Shown: one piece after another, positions 60,470-64,000 of the stretch
How the letters are laid out: every line of letters starts with the position of its first letter
Numbering within the stretch: the stretch's first letter is position 1
Origin: Podarcis vaucheri
Lineage: Eukaryota
Direction: 5' to 3' (one strand)
Length of the DNA: 64,000 bases
NCBI GenBank assembly: GCA_965113315.1
Contig: OZ220370.1
The notes under the pieces: generated by a model
What the model was told of the DNA's origin: nothing
The model's database searches: none
What the model saw: only the letters and a program-made list of their open reading frames with translations
Made by a program: the position numbers and the translations under genes

Positions 60470-60946
60470 TGTCAAGAGATCAGTCTGAGGAGTACTGCTT
60501 TGATGAGAATGGTGGGAGCCTCCACCTCCGCCTGCTCCTGACCAGGATGCTGAAGCTGCCCAGGAGCAGTGGAGCAGTATAGATTTGGAACAGTGGTTTG
60601 CAGAGGGGTATAGTTCTGAAGACAAAAGTTGGGAAGAACTGGGGGGTGAACAGCAAAGTGAAGAAGAGAGAGAGAGAGAGAGAGAGCTAACAGACTCTCT
60701 CTCACTAGAAAGTGTTCAGCCTATCAGTCCAAGGGCACGTAGAGCAGATAAGGCGGCAACACAAAAAGCAGGGTGGTTGCGAGATCAGGTTGCAAGACGG
60801 AAGTGACGAGGGGGGGAAGTGGGTGGAATCCTTAATTGGGAACACCTTTATTCTGAGAATGGATGCTTTGTTCTTTTGCTGTGATCATTACAGACGCTTT
60901 AAATGGTAAGGGACACTTTTCGCTTTGTCCTGCTTATCTACGACCA
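60470..60946 (+). mobile_element. Putative degenerate solo LTR with a 99-codon acidic reading frame (60507-60806)
   Basis: Starts TGTCA; peptide architecture parallels the 56453 LTR; right boundary and TSD unresolved. Confidence 0.45.
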
Positions 60947-60994
60947 AAGGGGAGGGAGGGAGGAAGCTTAAAACAAAACAAAACAAAACAAAAC

Positions 60995-61236
60995 CATAGC
61001 ATCATAGAGTACCCAGCCAGATGGGCAGGGTAGAAATTAAAAAGTTGTTATTATTATTATCAGTTGGAAAGGACCTCTAGGAATCATCTAGTCTGACCCC
61101 ATCCAATGCAGTAATCATAGATAAAGACACCCTGACAGGTGGCCATCTATCCTCTGCTTTAAAATCTCTCCAACAAAGGAGAGTCCACCACCATCTGAGG
61201 TAGTCCATTCCACTGTCAAACAGTTTTTTACTGTCA
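60995..61236 (-). mobile_element. CR1 3' end with a short L2 tail (+, ~61011-61061) inserted
   Basis: CATAGCATCATAGAGT | ACCCAGCCAGATGGGCAGGGTA..(TTA)n | AGTTGGAAAGGACC..CATCTAGTC. Confidence 0.7.
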
Positions 61237-63189
61237 TCCAAAGGCACAGAGAAGCAGAAAGATCATGACCATTTCTATAAAGGCCAAAAGAGAGAGGTCA
61301 AATGGTTCTTCTGAGGGACAGCGTTGTGTAATGTGGGTGCTACTACTGAGTAGGCCTTGTACCACATTCCAGCCAACTGAACCTCAGAAGACAAAGGGAC
61401 ACCAATCAAGAAGTCGGGTAATGAATGTGAAAAGGATGCCAGATCATGTAGAAAAAGACAGTTGTTCAAATAGTCTGGTCACATACCATTCCAGGCTACA
61501 GTGTTCATAATCAGCACTTTGAATTGTGCATGAAAATAAATTGGTAATTCAGTGCAAGTCAAATAAGACCAGAGCAACATGCTCCACAGCAACCTGGCCA
61601 CTGAAATTTGCCCCCCTAAAGTTTCTAATCGCTTCTGAAGAGCAGCCCATCTGCCCTTGTATTTACTCCTTGCTATGAAGGAAAAATATTCCAAGGCGAA
61701 CCAGGTCCAGTTTCCCCAAAGTGAGAGACAGAACAGACACATAACCATCCCACAATCCAAAGCCTTTCAGAATCACAAAGCATCCAGACATTTACTTCTA
61801 ATTCCCAGCTCTATTGTTACGTCCTTTTTGGCCCTTTATGTGGACTGGTTGCTCCAGACATCTTTCCTGTGCTGTTATAGGGAATGAAAGAATGGGCATT
61901 CATTAATGTCCCTGAAAGTTCCAGGAGAGAGAGAGAGAGTGTGTGTGTGTGTGTCCTGCAAACTGCAGATGATTTCAGCTTTTGGGATCGCATTTGTCAT
62001 TTAGATTTATAGGTGAATGCAAGGCTTAAATAGCAGATGTTTCCCCCTTATTTATCTCCCTGGCAAAGATGTGAGATTCCTTGTTCACGGGGCCAGGCTC
62101 AAGCACTAGCACTCCAGCTCTGCCTTTTACTTATGAGCTTGTAAAGCAGGAGCCTAGATACCAGTAAAAGAAAAGTAACCTTTTACCCTTCTAGGCATGT
62201 CAAGAACTATTCACATTGGTAGGTGTTGTTTATAGGCAAATGAATGTTACCTTAACACAGCAAGATTTGAGTTTTCCTAAAAGTCAAACTACAACTGAAT
62301 CCAGGCTCATGTACACATATTTCAGTCTAATCAAATTTTCACTCTCTTTTTAACAGTGTTCTTCATGAAAGGGGAACTGAAGTGTGGAAGGAGCAATATT
62401 TTATTATTTGTTAGACTTATTAGTCACTTGTTACAGTAAGTTCTCCAAGCGACTTACAGCCTATTCAGAAACATTATAAGTAAGTAAAAAGGCATTATAA
62501 TATTAATACATTCACACAAAACCGCATACAATTCATAAATATCACACAGACACGGAGAAACACACAAATACACGAAGCAACCCTCTCCCTACATAGCAGC
62601 AGAAAACTTAAGCAGCACACAACGTTACCATCTCAGTCCAACAAAAGCCTGGGGAAAAGGTAAGATTTTACCTTGCACCAAAAATATGTCAGAGAAGGTG
62701 CCAGGTTGCAGTGAGCTCAGGCATTATCTAGTCAAGCAAAGGTTGCGAACTCTCTTCAAACCTGAAAAACCCTCTTCAGACCTTCACACCAAAGGTCTGA
62801 AGAGCAGTCCCCATGTTTGGGGAAATGTATGCCCTTGCCCCCATTTACTCTTTGAACATTGTGTGCTCATACAAATGCTGGGGAATTCTTTCAAATAAGG
62901 AATACCCTTCCTTTTTCCTGAACTGGAACCCATAGTGACTGGCATGGTAGGGCTATTCCAGTCACCTGACCTCCCTCTGGCTGAGTCACTGATGTACATA
63001 TGTTGGGATGGAGAGAGGCTGGGGTAGTAGAAACAAGCTGGTGGGAGCACCAGATGGTCTCTGACAGCACATTGGCAGCATGCTGACCTTGCTGCCAATG
63101 GACTCCTGTCCCTCTCAATCCCAGTACGCAGGGGTAACTTAGCCAGAAGGAGGTCAGAGAAGTGAGGCAGCTCCACCACACCATCTGCT

Positions 63190-63490
63190 ACTGCCTGGAA
63201 CACAGGAAGCTGACTGAAACATCGGAGCTGGCCTTTACTGCAGTGGCTCCCCATTTGTGGAATGGCCTCCCCAGGGAGGCTTGTCTGGCACCGTCATTAT
63301 ATATTTCTAACATTCTTCTTCAACTAGGCCTTTGACAGATTAATATTCTACAACTGTTCAAATGTCTTTGCGGGAGGGGGGTTATTGTTTTGTTGTTTCT
63401 GTTTTACCTGTTTGCTTGTGTATTTATCTTGTGAACCGCCCTGAGATATTTGGATGAAGGGCAATATATAAATCTAACAAACAAACAAAT
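63190..63490 (+). mobile_element. Old L2 3' end
   Basis: GCCTTT..GCAGTGGCTCCCCATTTGTGGAATGGCCTCCC (AF..VAPHLWNGLP), TGTGAACCGCCCTGAG terminus, (AAAC)n tail. Confidence 0.7.
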
Positions 63491-64000
63491 CAAGTTGCCT
63501 TATACTGAGGTAGACCATTCATCCCTTTAGCTGCCTATTGGTTACTCTGAAGGGCAGCAGCTCTCGGGGGTCTCAGTGAGGAGCCTTACCTGGAGACAGC
63601 AGGCATTGTACCTGGGCCCTTCCAGGAAGACGCTCTGCCGCTGAGCTGTGGTCCTCTTTGTGCCTGCGAACTTTACTTAAGTAGGTTATCCACCACTTCC
63701 TAGGTCTCCTCTGTCCACCATCAATGCTACAAAGCGGAGCTGGGAAGAATGTCCTGTGGTCTTTGAGCCCCACAACAACCACACAGACCTGCCCTTGGAT
63801 GCTGTAGCCACACCTTGACCCCACCATGATATCTGTACCACTTACACTCTTTACAGGAAGGCATGCTATTTGCTGTGGGGTTGGAACCTGGAACTGCTGT
63901 ACAGTATAGCCCTATTTGGAAAGTCTTTTCTGTGGGTATGGTTAACAAATGGATGGGGAGGGACCCCCATCTCCTGGTCCCTGACATGGCATGTCCCTCC

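Overview
Vertebrate nuclear DNA, almost certainly a squamate reptile (probably a lacertid lizard), judged from Sauria SINEs, a BovB-type 3' tail, and squamate-style CR1/L2/L1 LINEs and MITEs. I cannot support any host protein-coding exon or RNA gene, so the window reads as a large intron or gene desert: many transposon remnants separated by unique stretches, some of which look like enhancers. All recognisable coding potential is transposon-derived: L1 ORF2 (two 5'-truncated copies), Gypsy gag/integrase, a hAT transposase C-terminus and CR1/L2 RT remnants. The most resolved structure is a three-level nest at 12356-16830: a hAT MITE contains an internally deleted Mag-like Gypsy element (tRNA-Ser PBS, in-frame gag-integrase junction, abnormal 30-bp target duplication), whose 3' LTR contains a young L1. 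The most novel-looking signal is two dissimilar LTR-like elements (56453-57111 and ~60470-60946). Both carry a degenerate acidic, Trp-rich reading frame ending in an SPR/basic tail, which may be an LTR-encoded accessory protein family. Family names come from recognising motifs by eye, not from database searches.
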